Made by a program: the position numbers and the translations under genes
From: Rhina ancylostomus
Taxonomy: Eukaryota
NCBI GenBank assembly: GCA_030265395.1
Contig: JARFYF010000036.1
Span: forward strand, 3,897,290-3,961,289
Reading direction: 5' to 3'
Length of the DNA stretch: 64,000 bases
The notes under the pieces: generated by a model
Told to the model about the DNA's origin: nothing
Seen by the model: the letters and a program-made list of their open reading frames with translations, nothing else
The model's database searches: none
Shown here: positions 11,001 to 23,689 of the stretch, piece after piece
How positions within the stretch are numbered: the first letter of the stretch is position 1
Layout: every line of letters begins with the position of its first letter

Positions 11001-13480
11001 CCTCCATAGCTATAATCCTGTGAGATCTCTTCAGTCCTCAATTCAGGCATTTTACACGTCCTGAATTTCCTTTAGCCCTCCAATACTGGGCATGCAACTG
11101 AGGTCTTAGGTTGTGGAATTCCCCATCTAAAAATTTTTGTCTCTCTGATCTCCTTTATGCTGTTTCTTAGAACCTGCCTCTTTGCCCTAGCTTTCAGTCA
11201 TCTGGCTGAATTTGTACTTAGGTGGCCAAGTGTCACATTTTGTTCTGCAGCATTTTTGCAAAGGACCTCGGGAAGTATTGCGAAAGTACTAAGTTGAAGG
11301 TACAATAACATTGCAAGTTGCTGTTGAGAGCACTAATTCGAATAACATCTGAGGAAATTATTTGCTAGCTTCACTGTTTGTCCCATTAAATGAAAGGAAA
11401 GGGCCAACATTAATGTAGTGCCTCTCATGTCCTCAAGATACCACTAAATAACATATGGGCAACACAGCAAAATTAATTACCTTTCAACAGTGGAATGTTG
11501 GGACAGAGTGGAATATGCTACAAAGCACCACCTTCACTTCCACAAGGGCTGTGATACGTTAACAGAGCAAGGGCACACATCCTTCAAATTAGAGCTGAGC
11601 CTTTCAAGAGTGATGTGTTAGGAAGGACTTTTTCATACAATGGGCAAAGCCAATGTGAAACCCTCTCCCTCTGAGTGGGTCAACTGAAAACTTCAAGACA
11701 GAAAAGGACAATTTTTTGATAGGATTCAGTATTTTAAGGATAATGGGAATCAAGGCAGATGAAAAGACATAGATCAGCCATGATCTGGTTGCCTGGCAGA
11801 TAAGATAAAGAGGCTGTTTGGTCTCTCCTGTTCCTACTGTATTTAATGAAGAAATTGCTGCAGCTCATGTTTGTTCCATGATCATTGGTTCCTGGGAGAG
11901 AAACAACATGAAGCAACAAAAGAACCATTTTATTTTAATTCTGAGTCTTGGAAACACATGATTTTCAATGAAGGCAGGTTGATTTAGTTTTTGATGGTCT
12001 AGGGATACTACTAGTGCCCAGCCCCTTTATGCCTGTTTATCTCCCAGAGTACTCAACACTGAAATACATTTTTCATCATTCAGAATCCAGTTTCCACCTC
12101 AAAGATGAAAGTCTTGGGATCACGGAACTGATCTCCAGCACCTGACCCCACACCCAGCATGTCCAAGGTCTTGGGATTCTTGCTAACATCAATCACATCA
12201 TCTAAATGCCATTCCTAATTGATCCATAAGAGCAAGTGGTACGGCCACTATTCCGATACGTTACTGATTAGTGCTTTCTGTGGGCAGTCATACACTTCCA
12301 TTTTTGGAATGTAAAACTAAGTTGTAAGTATCAAAATAAGCTGTTGCCTGATGGATGCTGAAGCCTCTTTCCATCATGTGTTTCCGTGCAGATTTCTGGA
12401 TATCAGCAGGGGAATCAAGGGAAATCGGACTACCAAAGCAAAATGGCGTTGAAGTATCAGATAAGCTACAATCTAATTGCATGGCACAGCTGATGCAAGG
12501 GCCTAATGGTTTGACCTAGCTTTTATTTCTTATGCTCTTATGTAGGGAATAGTGCAGTCATGCACTCAGGCACACGGAATTCAGGTACAGAGTAGAACAT
12601 GAATTAACGTAAACACCAGGATCCAAAGATCAGAGATAGCACAGTACTAGATTAAGTACAGTGGTCCCCATCTACTAACCACCTCAAGACGGGCACCTTT
12701 GTTCTTGATGGTGCAGAGAAGAGCAAAAAAGTGCTTTGTTATAAAGAGGGACTTTGTTATAGAATTAAACTTTGTATCCGGGGAGTTTCTCTTCAAATAG
12801 AAGGGTTCTGACGCAAGTCATTAAAATTATTTAGGATACAAATAAATAGGATTGATTATTTGATCTGTTGCTCGTGGCAGAGCTTTGGCCTCCGCTCCAA
12901 ATGAAGGAATCAGGGAGTGAGAATGAATGCAAAGGATTTATTTTTCTCTGAATAAGATCTCCCCATGGAACAGCATTCTGGAGGGCAGTGAAAATCGACC
13001 CAGTTCATTATGGCACTCAACAGATGAAAAATATGAGAGAGAAGCAGAAGGATTTGAGGATAATAACCAACAGACCAGGACCTCCTGGTGCTTGCCTGAT
13101 TTCCTTATAGGGACTGAGAGAGTTTTTTTGACAGAGTGTTCCTCAACTGGTAACTGGTCCATGAGTCCAAACAGAACTGGGACAACTATGTCGTAAGAGT
13201 CAGATGGCCTATTCTAATTCAAAGTACTTAATGCTGCACAATAAAACCTGACCAAAGGTAAGATTTCACAAAAAGGAGATAAATAATATTCTCCTCATAA
13301 TCTGGCCTCAAAGTAGAAATGAATGATTTTGCCCAGTGATGTTTTCTGATCTGTGGCCTTATATCTCACCATTAAAGTTCTTGTTCCTTGAAACAAAACA
13401 CTTTAACTGAGTGTTGATGCAACCCTTTGACCTACACTTGGTCTACTTTGACAATGCAGGCTAACACCTTGGACCCTCAC

Positions 13481-13574
13481 CTCCATATGTGTGACCATAC
13501 TGTCCATCAGCTCTTCACCAAACGGAGGATTTGCTTCAAAGGAGCCGCTGACTGGTGAGAAAGTCAAGAATGAG
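13481..13574 (-). CDS. PCIF1: PCIF1 coding exon with catalytic NPPF motif
   Basis: [31 protein letters not shown]. Acceptor ctcctttacag, donor gtgagg, 94 nt. Confidence 0.98.
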
Positions 13575-14699
13575 CTGTAAAGGAGAAAACAAGTAGCAAC
13601 TTTCACACAGTTCAGCGTCAGCTCTACAGACAGGTGTATACAAAAGGGACAACACATAGAGGACATGGTCCGTGACCCTGTGGTCGAATCATTTGCCCAC
13701 AGCACAATCCACCTTCCATCCTCAGTGAACACAGTGATCAAACACTTCCAGCACAAACCCAAAAATCTGGGCCTCAGCCAAAGCTCAAAGCCAGGAATTT
13801 GACCTTCACCCCCCACCATCTGAGGGAATTGTGCCTCACACAGAAGTGAAGAAATCTCATATCTAAGCTCACAGGAAGCATAAACCAAAGAAAATGGCCA
13901 CCATTCCAAAAACAAACACGGGGACCTGACTCCCACCTGCAGTACAGACATGGGGATCTGACTATTACCGCACATAAGGCCCTGGGATCCCACATTCTCT
14001 CATAGTACAAATCTCCAATTACTACAAAAACCTTCTAACTACAAATATGCTGTCCCAGGTATAAATCCTCTCTCCCCTAAGTGATAACCCTGTATGTTTT
14101 GATTATAAACTTACTTCCCTCTGAGAATAAAACATCACACTCTACCGTGTAGAAAATTCTCATTCCACTCTGGAAAAGTAATTTCTGTCATGCATATATA
14201 TACTTTCTTCTCTCTGTATAAACACAACCTCCTTTGAATATAAAGATAAATCCACTGTCCTTTGAACAAAACCCTAGTAATCTATGAACCGCCCCGCCCT
14301 GATGATAAGCTCTTTCCCGAGTATAATTCATTTCCCCTCAGAATCTAAAGTCTCTCTGCCGAGCAAAATCCTGCCCTCCTCTACATGAATCTTCCCTCCT
14401 CTGACGTACATTCCCTCTCTCCTACATATATATCCTCTCTCATCTGGGTATTATTGTCTCCGTTTGACTATAAACCTCCTCTCCTAGACCATTAACCCCA
14501 TTTGTCAGTGCATATATCACCTCTCTGAGCATAAACCCTCGTTCTTCTAAGATAGAACTCTCTCCCGAGTATAATGTCTCTTTCTAACAATGAAGTTTGA
14601 CTCCTCTGTGAATAAAGCCTCTGTCCTTTGAGCATAAACCATCTCTTCAAAGCAAAATCCCTCTTTATTTGAACATAAACGTGCTCCCCTCTAAGAACT

Positions 14700-14801
14700 A
14701 GAGCCCTGATGTACGGCTTCAACCTGAAATGTCAACAATTCCTTTCCCCACACAGATGCTGCAGGACCCGCTGAGTTCCTCCAGAAGATTGTTTGTTGGG
14801 G
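14700..14801 (+). mobile_element. Penelope-derived short insertion with 15-bp TSD
   Basis: Contains ctgatgt..cctgaaatgtc and cagatgctgcaggacccgctgagttcctccag. Flanked by TCCCCTCTAAGAACT (14685-14699) and TCCCCTCCAAGAACT (14802-14816). Confidence 0.75.
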
Positions 14802-15253
14802 TCCCCTCCAAGAACTCTTGATTCTGCTTTTAAGTCCTCCTATTTGTGTGAAATTCCTTCTCCTCAGTACAAATCCTCTCCCCCACAGAACAGTTACAGC
14901 AAAATGGAAGCCATACATCCTGTTGAGACTACACCAGTTTTATGTAAAAGCAATCCCATTAATACTGCTCTCCCACCCTCTTCCCATCACCCCCCAAATC
15001 CTTTCCTTTCTGATATTTATCCATTCTCCACTAATTGCAACAACTAAAACTGCCCACACTACAGTTCCAAGCAAGACATTTCATTTGCTAAATCATACAT
15101 TTCCTTCATGCTACCTTTGGTTCATTTTGCCACTTAACTTCAATCTCTGGTAATGCTTGACCCCTCCATCAATAGAACAGTTTTTACCTAACTCTATCTA
15201 CACTCGACATGATTTCAAATACCTCTATCAGGTTCCCTTGCAATCTCCAAACT

Positions 15254-15430
15254 GCTGTTCTGACAAAGGCTTGCAGAGCCGAAACATTGACCAGTAATGA
15301 CAAAGGGTCACACACCCAAAATGTTGACTGTTTCTCTTTCCACGGATGCTGCCTGATCTGCTGAGTTCTTCCAGGATTTTCTGTTTTTATTTCAGATTTC
15401 CAGCATCTGCAAGTTTCTTATATTTTCACT
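15254..15430 (+). mobile_element. Penelope-derived insertion with tandem decayed hammerhead cores
   Basis: CTGACAA-A-GGCT-tgcag-AGCC-GAAACATTGAC, then ATGACAAAGGGT..ACCCAAAATGTTGAC, then the family tail. Degenerate flanking repeat ccttgcaa(a)tctcc(c)aaa. Confidence 0.7.
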
Positions 15431-15439
15431 CCTTGCAAA

Positions 15440-17640
15440 TCTCCCAAATTCCAAGGAAAACAAACCCAGTTTCTTCAGTCTATCCACATAAGTCGTTTGT
15501 CTCGGGAATTATTTTAGTAAATTATCTGCAACCTGTCCAAAGCCTTTACATCATTGCGAAAGGACAGCATGCAGAACTGCACCTAATAGTCCACTCACAG
15601 CCATCATGGCATCCTTGGTCTTGTACTCAACGGCTCTATTTATAAGCCTAAGATCCATGATGCCATTTTAACCACCTTCTCAACCCCGTCTGCCATTATC
15701 AACAAACCATGCATGTATACCCCCAGATCGCTCTGCTCTTGTATTCCTTCTAGAATTGTGGCGTCCAGTTTATATTGCCTCTGCTCATACTTCATATGAA
15801 ATGTAACACTATGCCTGAGCATGAAGACTCTCTCCTCCTGGCATAAACACTCTCTGCTCAGACTAAAAACCACGTTGTCACTGAGTATAAAGCACGAACC
15901 CTATCTCGAAGCACAATCTCACCACTCTTCCTCTGGGCACAACTCCCTACCTCCTCTGAGTAACAACACATGCCTGACGACTACCTGGCATAAATCCTTT
16001 CCTCTGAGCATCTAAGTTAGCACTTTCTCTGTTGAGTACAAATTCTATCTGCTCTGAGGATAAACCACCTCCCTTCCCAGCATAAGACCCTCTCTCCTAA
16101 ATATTAAAATACCCAAGCTTCTGAATAATACAATCTCTCTCTCCTGAGAAAAAAAGCATTCTGTCCCATGAACAAAACCCTGCCCCAACCTGGCATACAC
16201 TCACTCACCCCTAAACCCTCTGGGCATCAGAGCACAGAGTGTAAATCCGTCCTCCTCTCTCCTTAATAGGAAGCCTCTCTTTGAATATGAAGCTCAGCTC
16301 CTTCAGGTATAACCCTTCCAAACTCTGACCATAAATCATCTCTTTTCGAAGCAAAATCTCTCCTCCATCTCTTTAAAACCCAATTGAGCATAAATCTCAC
16401 TCCTGCATATAAATCCCCTCTCATCTGAGCATAAATTCTCTCCTCTCAGTAAGAACTCTCTCCTGAATGTAAATCCTCTCTTTTGACTCACTGTCTACTG
16501 ACTCTGCTTTCTGTCCTTTATCCACCTTTTCCCCCCTATGCTGCTATTAACATCATTATTCCATGGCCTTCAGTTTCACCAATTAAGTCTTTTATGTGAG
16601 ACTTTGTCAAGTACCTGAAAACTCATTTAGATAATATTAATTGCATTCACGTGATCAAAACTTTCTGTAATAACAAAAAAGCTCAATTACCTTAGTCAAA
16701 TACTATTTACCTTTTACAAATCCATGCTGGTTCTTTTATTAACCCAATCTTCTCCAAATTCCTATTAGTGTTTTCTTCAATTATTGTTTATAAAACTTTC
16801 TGGCAAGCCTTCCACAATCTCCATCTCACCTCCCTCATCAAATAAGGTTATGTCCTACTTAATAACTTATTTATTTTAAGCAGAGCTGAACCTTCTAATA
16901 CTTTTTCCTTATTAAGTTTTATCCTTTATTTCTACTACCTCTGCTATTGTGAGATATTTGTTTGTTTCATCATTTCATCTCCTCTGCCATCCATGGTTCC
17001 TCTTGCTTTACCACTTGTGAGAATCGCCCTAACTTGCTCTTTAGAAGTTTCTCATTGTTCAGTTACAGTCTTACCTGTGAATATTCGGTATCACTCTACC
17101 CTGGCCATATCCTCTCACATCTATTGAAGTTAGCCCTTCTCCAATTAAGATTCTATTTTAGATCATTCCTTATTTTCCTCCATTATAAATCTTGTAATAC
17201 AATGGAGCACTGCTCCCCATCCTCCTATGGTGCACTTTTCCCATAATTAAATCCAGCAAGGTCTCCTTCCATATTGGGATGAAAATAAACCAATCAAGCA
17301 AGTTCTTCTGAACAATTTTAGAAATTCCTCCTTTGCCCCACTTCAATATTAATCCCTCAAGCATATCCTTCCTCTTCAGCAATAGTTCCTTCTTAATCAG
17401 TACTGCCAGCCACACCTTTTACCATTCCTTGCCTTTTCTGAACACAATATATCCAGGAGTATGAGATTCCTGGTTCTGTCCTATTTTAAGCCATGTCTCA
17501 GCTATTGGCACTGTACCAAATTCCCATATGGCTCTTTGTGCTTCCAGCTTGCCAACCTTATTCACCACACTTTATGCACATCTTAATCTATATCTTTACC
17601 TTATCTTTCTTGCAGCTTCATGTGCAGTCTGCTCCCACCC
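15440..17640 (-). mobile_element. Old CR1 fragments (about 15440-15810 and 16560-17640) interleaved with minisatellite
   Basis: ILEGIQEQSDLGVYMH..KMASWILG; gactttgtcaagtacc, aaatccatgctgg and cccataattaaatccagc-type CR1 motifs. Confidence 0.6.
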
Positions 17641-18149
17641 AAACTGCATTACTTCCTAGAGAGGTGCCATCCAACAGTCCCCCACCTAAGTGCACCTTAC
17701 TTTTTCTTTAAGCCGTTACATACTGTTGTCGATCCACATCAAATTACTGCACAAGTCCCATGATTGCACAAGGCATTGGAGAGGTAAACCCTCTCTCCTG
17801 TGTCCCTCAAACAAAAACTGCCTCTGAGTATAAACCTTGGAGTTAAAACTCTTCCCTGAATATAAGCATCGTCTCTTTTGAGTAAAAATCATTCCTTTCT
17901 GCATATAAACTCTCTCTCGTCTTTATAGAAACCCGTCTCCACTATATACAAACCCTTATATACACAGACTTTCTTCTCTGCATATAAACCCAATGTCTCC
18001 TCTGTACATAAACCTTCTCTGTACTTAACTCCCTCTCCTTTCTGTATATAAACTGTATCGACATTTTCTCTTATCTGTATGTGAACCCCTCTCCTCAGCA
18101 TAACAGTAAACCTGAAACTATCAGATTTACATAGAAAAATCATCCACTT

Positions 18150-18320
18150 TACTTCCGGGAAAGGAACATGCCATGCTTACTTGGCCTGAGCGACATGTCA
18201 CACCAGATCTAACCATGTTGTCAACTCTTAACGGGCTCCTTAATTCAGGAGCAATTAAGGAGGAACATTGCGCACCAGCATTACCAGTGACATCCACATC
18301 CTATGAATGAATAAGAGAAA
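18150..18320 (+). mobile_element. Ancient SINE-like repeat, related copies near 22430-22700 (-), 29915-30025 (+), 36270-36500 (-)
   Basis: Shared block ggaa..tgcc..cttac..gg.ctg....ccaga....atgt.gt..actcttaa and tail ccagtgacatccacatcctatgaatgaata. Resembles MER131-type repeats from memory, unverified. Confidence 0.5.
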
Positions 18321-18859
18321 GCCCCGTCTCCTCTGTAGATCACTCTCCTCTGAGGATAAATATCCTCTCTGCTGTATAAATCTGCAGATAATCCTCCGAT
18401 CATTTCTCTCATGCAAACTTCCATCACTATGCTTGCTGACTTTTTATGAATTCTTTTCCACCAATTTCTAAATTCTCATCCAGATTTTGAAATTTCTCTT
18501 AAAATTCTGGCCTCTTCCCTATCTTGTAATTTAATGATTCCATCACTACTGACTGTGGCAAAGAATCTCTTGTCCCTCAATACACCTCTCTGGTCCTCCT
18601 ACTCTGTCTACTTTTTTAATGTGCTCCTTAAGACATTTTTCTAGCCCTCTTTTGTGCTTTGATGCCAAATACGATAACTGCGAAGGACTTTGAAATATTT
18701 TTCAAACAGTAAAGGTGCAATATAATGGTAAGTTGCTGTCATATACTCATTCACAGTGGAAAACTTTCACTGTACATTCCATCTCTTGCTGTGAGAGCCT
18801 TTGAGCCCATGCTAGCTCTTTTTAAAGCAATAGTTGGTTTCCAATTTTTCTTCCCTCAA

Positions 18860-19520
18860 CTATCCAATTCTTTTTGAAAAGCTCTGCTTGCACCATACTT
18901 TCAGATCACGACTGCATGTTGCATTAGAAAGAGTTCCTCATGCCACCCATGGTTCTTTTATCAATCACTGAAATCTATGTTTTCTGGTTTTCAATCTTCC
19001 CCTTGGAAACAGTTTCTCTGTATTCATTTTGACTGATGATTTTTGAACACTTTCAACGTCTATTTTCTTTGCACTAAGGACAACAATCCCAGTTTCTCCA
19101 GTCTCTCCATGCAATTGAAACCCCTCATCCCAGGGATCAATCTACTAAATCTTTTTTGCACCCTCTGTAGAGCTGCTACATCCAAATGCAGAAAGTGGTG
19201 ACTACAATTAGATACAATACACTGGGTTGCGCTAAATCATTGTTTATAAATGTTAACATAACCCCTTTGCTTCCGTATTCTGGCTCAATTTACAAAGTCC
19301 AGGAACCTGCATGTTTTGTTTTTAAATAAATTTCTCAATCCTCCTGCCACCTCTGAAGATTGTGCACATATACATTCAGGTCTATCAGTGCCTTTAGAAT
19401 TGAGCCCTTTATATTTTTCATTTCTTTCTAACAAATTGCATCATTTCCTACTCTGTTTGGAACTTCAACTGCCAGGTGTCCTCCCATTTCAGCAACCTGT
19501 TTACATTCCTTGAAGCCCAT
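18860..19520 (-). mobile_element. Old CR1 fragment
   Basis: caatcccagtttctccagtctctcc..cttttttgcaccctctg..tgactacaattagatacaatac, the reverse of the CR1 ORF2 C-terminal region. Confidence 0.65.
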
Positions 19521-20004
19521 CAATTACAGTCCTCTTTATCCAAGCTCTTCCTCCCTGTCTATAGACAGAAAATGCTAGAAATGAATGTAACTGTAATTAA
19601 CCCTGGATCCTTTTCCTGAAGAATTCAGTATTTAGCCTGATGTACAGTGGAACCCCAGTACCAGCAGCTCCTGAAGGACAGAATTAAGTTCCAAGGACCT
19701 CTGTGGATAGAGGACAATTTTCAAGTGAATAGTCAGGATCAGTGTATTTTCAGGTGTAGGAACTAATATGATGCAAGTTAACCTTTTATTCTATCTTGTT
19801 TATGCAAATTCTAAAAATGTATGTATGCAGAAGTTCACTCTGTAAATGTTTGCAGCAAGTCGAACGTTTCATGCCCATAAATGCAAAGCTGATCCATGCT
19901 GTTTAACAACTGAAAGTCTATTCTGTTAACATTTGATATCTGCACATCGTTTTTTCTGCAACTAGGCAGAATTTCTCTTCTAGATGGGTGTGAAAAGGGG
20001 TTCT

Positions 20005-20255
20005 TAGTCATAGAGTCACACAGCACGGAAATGGTTCCTCTGGCCCAACTGGTCCAGGCCAGCCAAGATTCCCACCTAAGCTAGTCCCATTTGCCTGCAT
20101 TTGGCACATATCCCTCTAAACTGTTCCTATCCATGTACCCATCCAAGTACCTTTAAACGTTGTTAATGTACCTTCCTTTGGCAGCTCATTCCAAATACTG
20201 AACACCCTCCAGGTGAAAAAGTTGCCCCTCAGGTTCCTATTAAATCTCTCCCCTA
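20005..20255 (-). mobile_element. CR1 LINE 3' end
   Basis: gtcatagagtcacacagcacggaaatgg..tggcccaac and gtgaaaaagttgcccctcaggttcc. Confidence 0.8.
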
Positions 20256-20639
20256 ATAGCCTGCCATTAATTCATGTGTTTCTACTGTTCAGATAAAATA
20301 ACAGTTCATCGTAGGTAATAATAACCAGAGAGAAGCTTGCTTTCTTTGAATCAAGCAGCATTGGCCCTTGGGTAAAACTGACAGACCTGACAATCTTATC
20401 TCCAAGAATATCACTGAGGTTAGAACCGTAAGTTTTAAGTGCTTCCTGCCACCAGGGATGAATGATAAACTGTGGATCACTTTAATTGTGTTGAAAAGAA
20501 AGGAGAGTAAAGGTGATGATAATGGTTCATAGCTAAAGTTCCTAAGCATCATGGAGAAGAATAACATTGCTTGGGGATACTACTAGCCTGCTATCCATGC
20601 AAGAGGTTTCATGGCATGCTGATGAATGGTTGTTGATTT

Positions 20640-20896
20640 GAAAAGCTAACCTTAATTTTCTGCCTGACCTGCTGACAGCTTTCAACAATTTCCATCTTTA
20701 TTTCAGATTCCCATTGCTGCATTTTCTTAGTTTTTTATTCAATGTTTTTGTTATCTGCTTGACAGGAGATAGGGTTAATTCTAGAGGCTTAGCAGAAATG
20801 CTGTGAATTTGAATATACCGAAATGTCGACTGTTTATTTCCCTCCATAGATGCTGGCTGACCTGCTGAGTTCCTCCAGCTTTTTTTGTGTGTTGCT
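20640..20896 (+). mobile_element. Two fragments of the Penelope-derived family
   Basis: ctgcctgacctgctga..tttatttcagattccc and ccgaaatgtcgactg..gatgctggctgacctgctgagttcctccagc. Confidence 0.65.
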
Positions 20897-23065
20897 AGTA
20901 ATTCAATGCTGTATCCAGTTTTGTCTGCTCAGTTGCTCTTCATTCATCGTGGGATGCTGAACTTAAATGATTGAGTTTGGCCAGGTTAAGTGGTAACCTG
21001 GAGGGAATTGCCAGTGCAGTATCTGGTATATTCAAAGTATCCTGCAGGATCTAATATGTGGTCATTCAACAAAATGGGCATATGTGAATGTCACAAGAGC
21101 TTTGGCTTCATTTTTAAATTTAGCAGTAAATTTTGCTGGTGTTTCATGGACATATTCTCACCTGCTGCCCCAGAAGAGTTATTTTCCTGTCCCAAGAATT
21201 TGCATTCATATAATTATGAGATAAATTTAGAAGTAGTGAACTTGGAATATTCACTATGTAGGATAATCATTCTGGATCTTTGTTCCCTGTGATCAACAGC
21301 AGTTGGTGAGAAAATTTGCAGTCAATGTTGGCTACCTAGATTAGCAAGTGAGGTAACTTTTGAGTCACTAAGAACTATTCAATGCCACATTCATCTGCTC
21401 ACATAGGTTATTTCCCCCACAATCAAATGCCTTTTTAGATTCTTAGTACGCTATCCTTTTCTGTTTTCTAAAATTTAGGACATTAGATGATGATGTAGTC
21501 ATCAAATGAAATGTGACTGTAATCTATGTTATTACTTAAAGGGATTCCTAATTCTTCTTTCTATCCCCTTGCTTTGTAGCTTCCTAATCTGTAAAGAAGT
21601 TTCCTTTCAGCAACATCACAAGTCTTAGTTAACTCATGACAGATCAGTGTGGTCAATTTCCACCACATCAGGGTCACATCTCAGTGGTATGGTCAGCTGC
21701 AACAAAGTCACAGGTAAGACAAATGCAGCAAGCCAACAACTCAGACCTACACTTTTATAATCCCTCATAATTTTGAACAAGCATAATTAAAATGTCTCTT
21801 AACATTCTCTGCACCATGAATGATTGTCTTTTCTAATCTCTTCAGATAACCAAAGTCCCTCATCCCTGATATTATTCTAGCAAATTTCTTCTGCAATCTC
21901 TCCTAGTGCCTTAATACAATTTCTTAAGAATTAGACACAATACTCAAAAAAAATCTATGACTAATTGGCAAATTATAAGGGCCTAGGATAACTTCCTAGC
22001 CTTTCTATGACTCTAGTCAGAATCTTCCGTAAAAAAAATTCAGTTTTATCAGTTTGTTGTGTACATACAAATAATTTCTGTAGAAATCAATTCCTGAATA
22101 TTATATCCCCCCATACACTTTCTCTGTTTGTTTGGCAGCTAGACAGTAGGAAGTGTCTGGGCAGGATTCTCCAAATATTATGATTGTGGGACAATCTTGA
22201 TGGACCTGCTGGTCCATCAATTGTACTGACAATTTCCTATGTAGGTCTCTCTGATCCTGAAATCTAATTAAAATTCCATTGATAACATTACATCAAGTAA
22301 TGATAATAATCATTTGCAGAAATTGGTATCAGGACACTCAGTATTGTTATAAATAACACAGATAATGATGTCAGTACATCAGGTACTGATAGTGGCACAT
22401 TGATGTCTGATAACAATCGTAAGTATACCTGGCATTAACAGTTCATGGGATGTGGATATCACTGGCAATGGCAGTATTCTCTGACCATACCTCCCTAATT
22501 AAACATGGTTAACCATGCTATTGTGGGTCTGGAGTTATGCCTAGCCCAACCAGATGTGGATAACACATTTTCTTCCCTAATATACATTTATAAACCAAGG
22601 AAGTTTTTAAGATAATTTCATGGTCATTGGTAATGAAACTAGTTCTCTTTTATTCCAGATTTGTTTAACTACTTGAACTTAAAACTGTGGGTTCAAAGCC
22701 ATGTCTTCAGATCAATTAACCAGGATTTGGATGGAACTCCAGTTACAAACCCTTCTGTACCCTGTTTGGGTACACAAATTATTACATGGGTACATCATGC
22801 TTTAGTGTCAGTGCATAAGATATCATCAGAGATACAAGTGTTATTCAAATCAATAAACTGGGTATTGATATCAGTACATCAGCTTCTAATATAGATAACA
22901 CAGATATTGATAACAGTGCACCAGGTACCGATAATGGCATTTGTGCCTTTTTACTTAGTTTTATTTATTTCTGTGCAAATAAGTGGGAGAGAATTCAGAA
23001 TGTGTTAAGATAAAGAAAAGTTGAGAAAAGCAGGATGAACAGGTGGATGTTTATTAAATGAGGTA

Positions 23066-23141
23066 ATGCCACAAGCAGAGTGATAACATAAGATTAAGCC
23101 TGATGCCACAAGCAGAGTGATAACATAAGATTAAGCCTGAT
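23066..23141. repeat. Perfect 37-bp tandem duplication
   Basis: atgccacaagcagagtgataacataagattaagcctg occurs twice, followed by at. Confidence 0.97.
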
Positions 23142-23689
23142 ACTATAGTTAATTCGAGCCTCATTTATGAACGGCTGGAAACAGGCTACATCACAGTGAA
23201 TTCATGAGATCTCAGATGAACTAAATGAGTTGGAGAAAATGGCCAGGTATCAGATAGTTAACAAAGCCTTAGATCTGTTATTTTCCATTTGGGGGTTATA
23301 TTTATTTCACAACTGGAAGCTATCACAGAGAAACAAAGCATCACATTGGAATGAAGGATTATGCTAATATGTTAATTTTATAATTCTCTCCACACTTGCT
23401 GCCTGGCCTGTCTTCTATTTCCATACTACAATTAGCTTGTCAATTTTCTTGGCCAGGACAGGAATCATTGATTCCACAAAAGGTGCTGATAAGCAGTTCA
23501 GTGAGCTTTACTATATATCTACACTGCACTATATTTTGCTGGGACACTGCTCTTGCTGTGGAAATAATCTAAGAATTTGATTCTATGCCACAAACATTAG
23601 CAAATGACCAAAAAATACCAATTTTCAAAAATAATAATATTAAGTAAAAATTTCAGAGAGCATGATTCAAAGATGAGGATGCAGAACAT

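Larger units (their letters stand above)
14060..18375. repeat. Degenerate about 22-bp minisatellite in three blocks (14060-14880, 15815-16480, 17780-18375)
   Basis: Recurrent unit ATAAACCCTCTCTCCTCTGAGY with many substitutions. Confidence 0.75.

Noticed and set aside
13403-13993. 196-aa ORF as a standalone gene
   Set aside because: Only the 94-nt PCIF1 exon is protein-like; the rest is intron read-through.
14060-18375. Repeat-spacer pattern as a CRISPR-like array
   Set aside because: Units are contiguous and degenerate, with no unique spacers, no cas genes and a vertebrate intron context.
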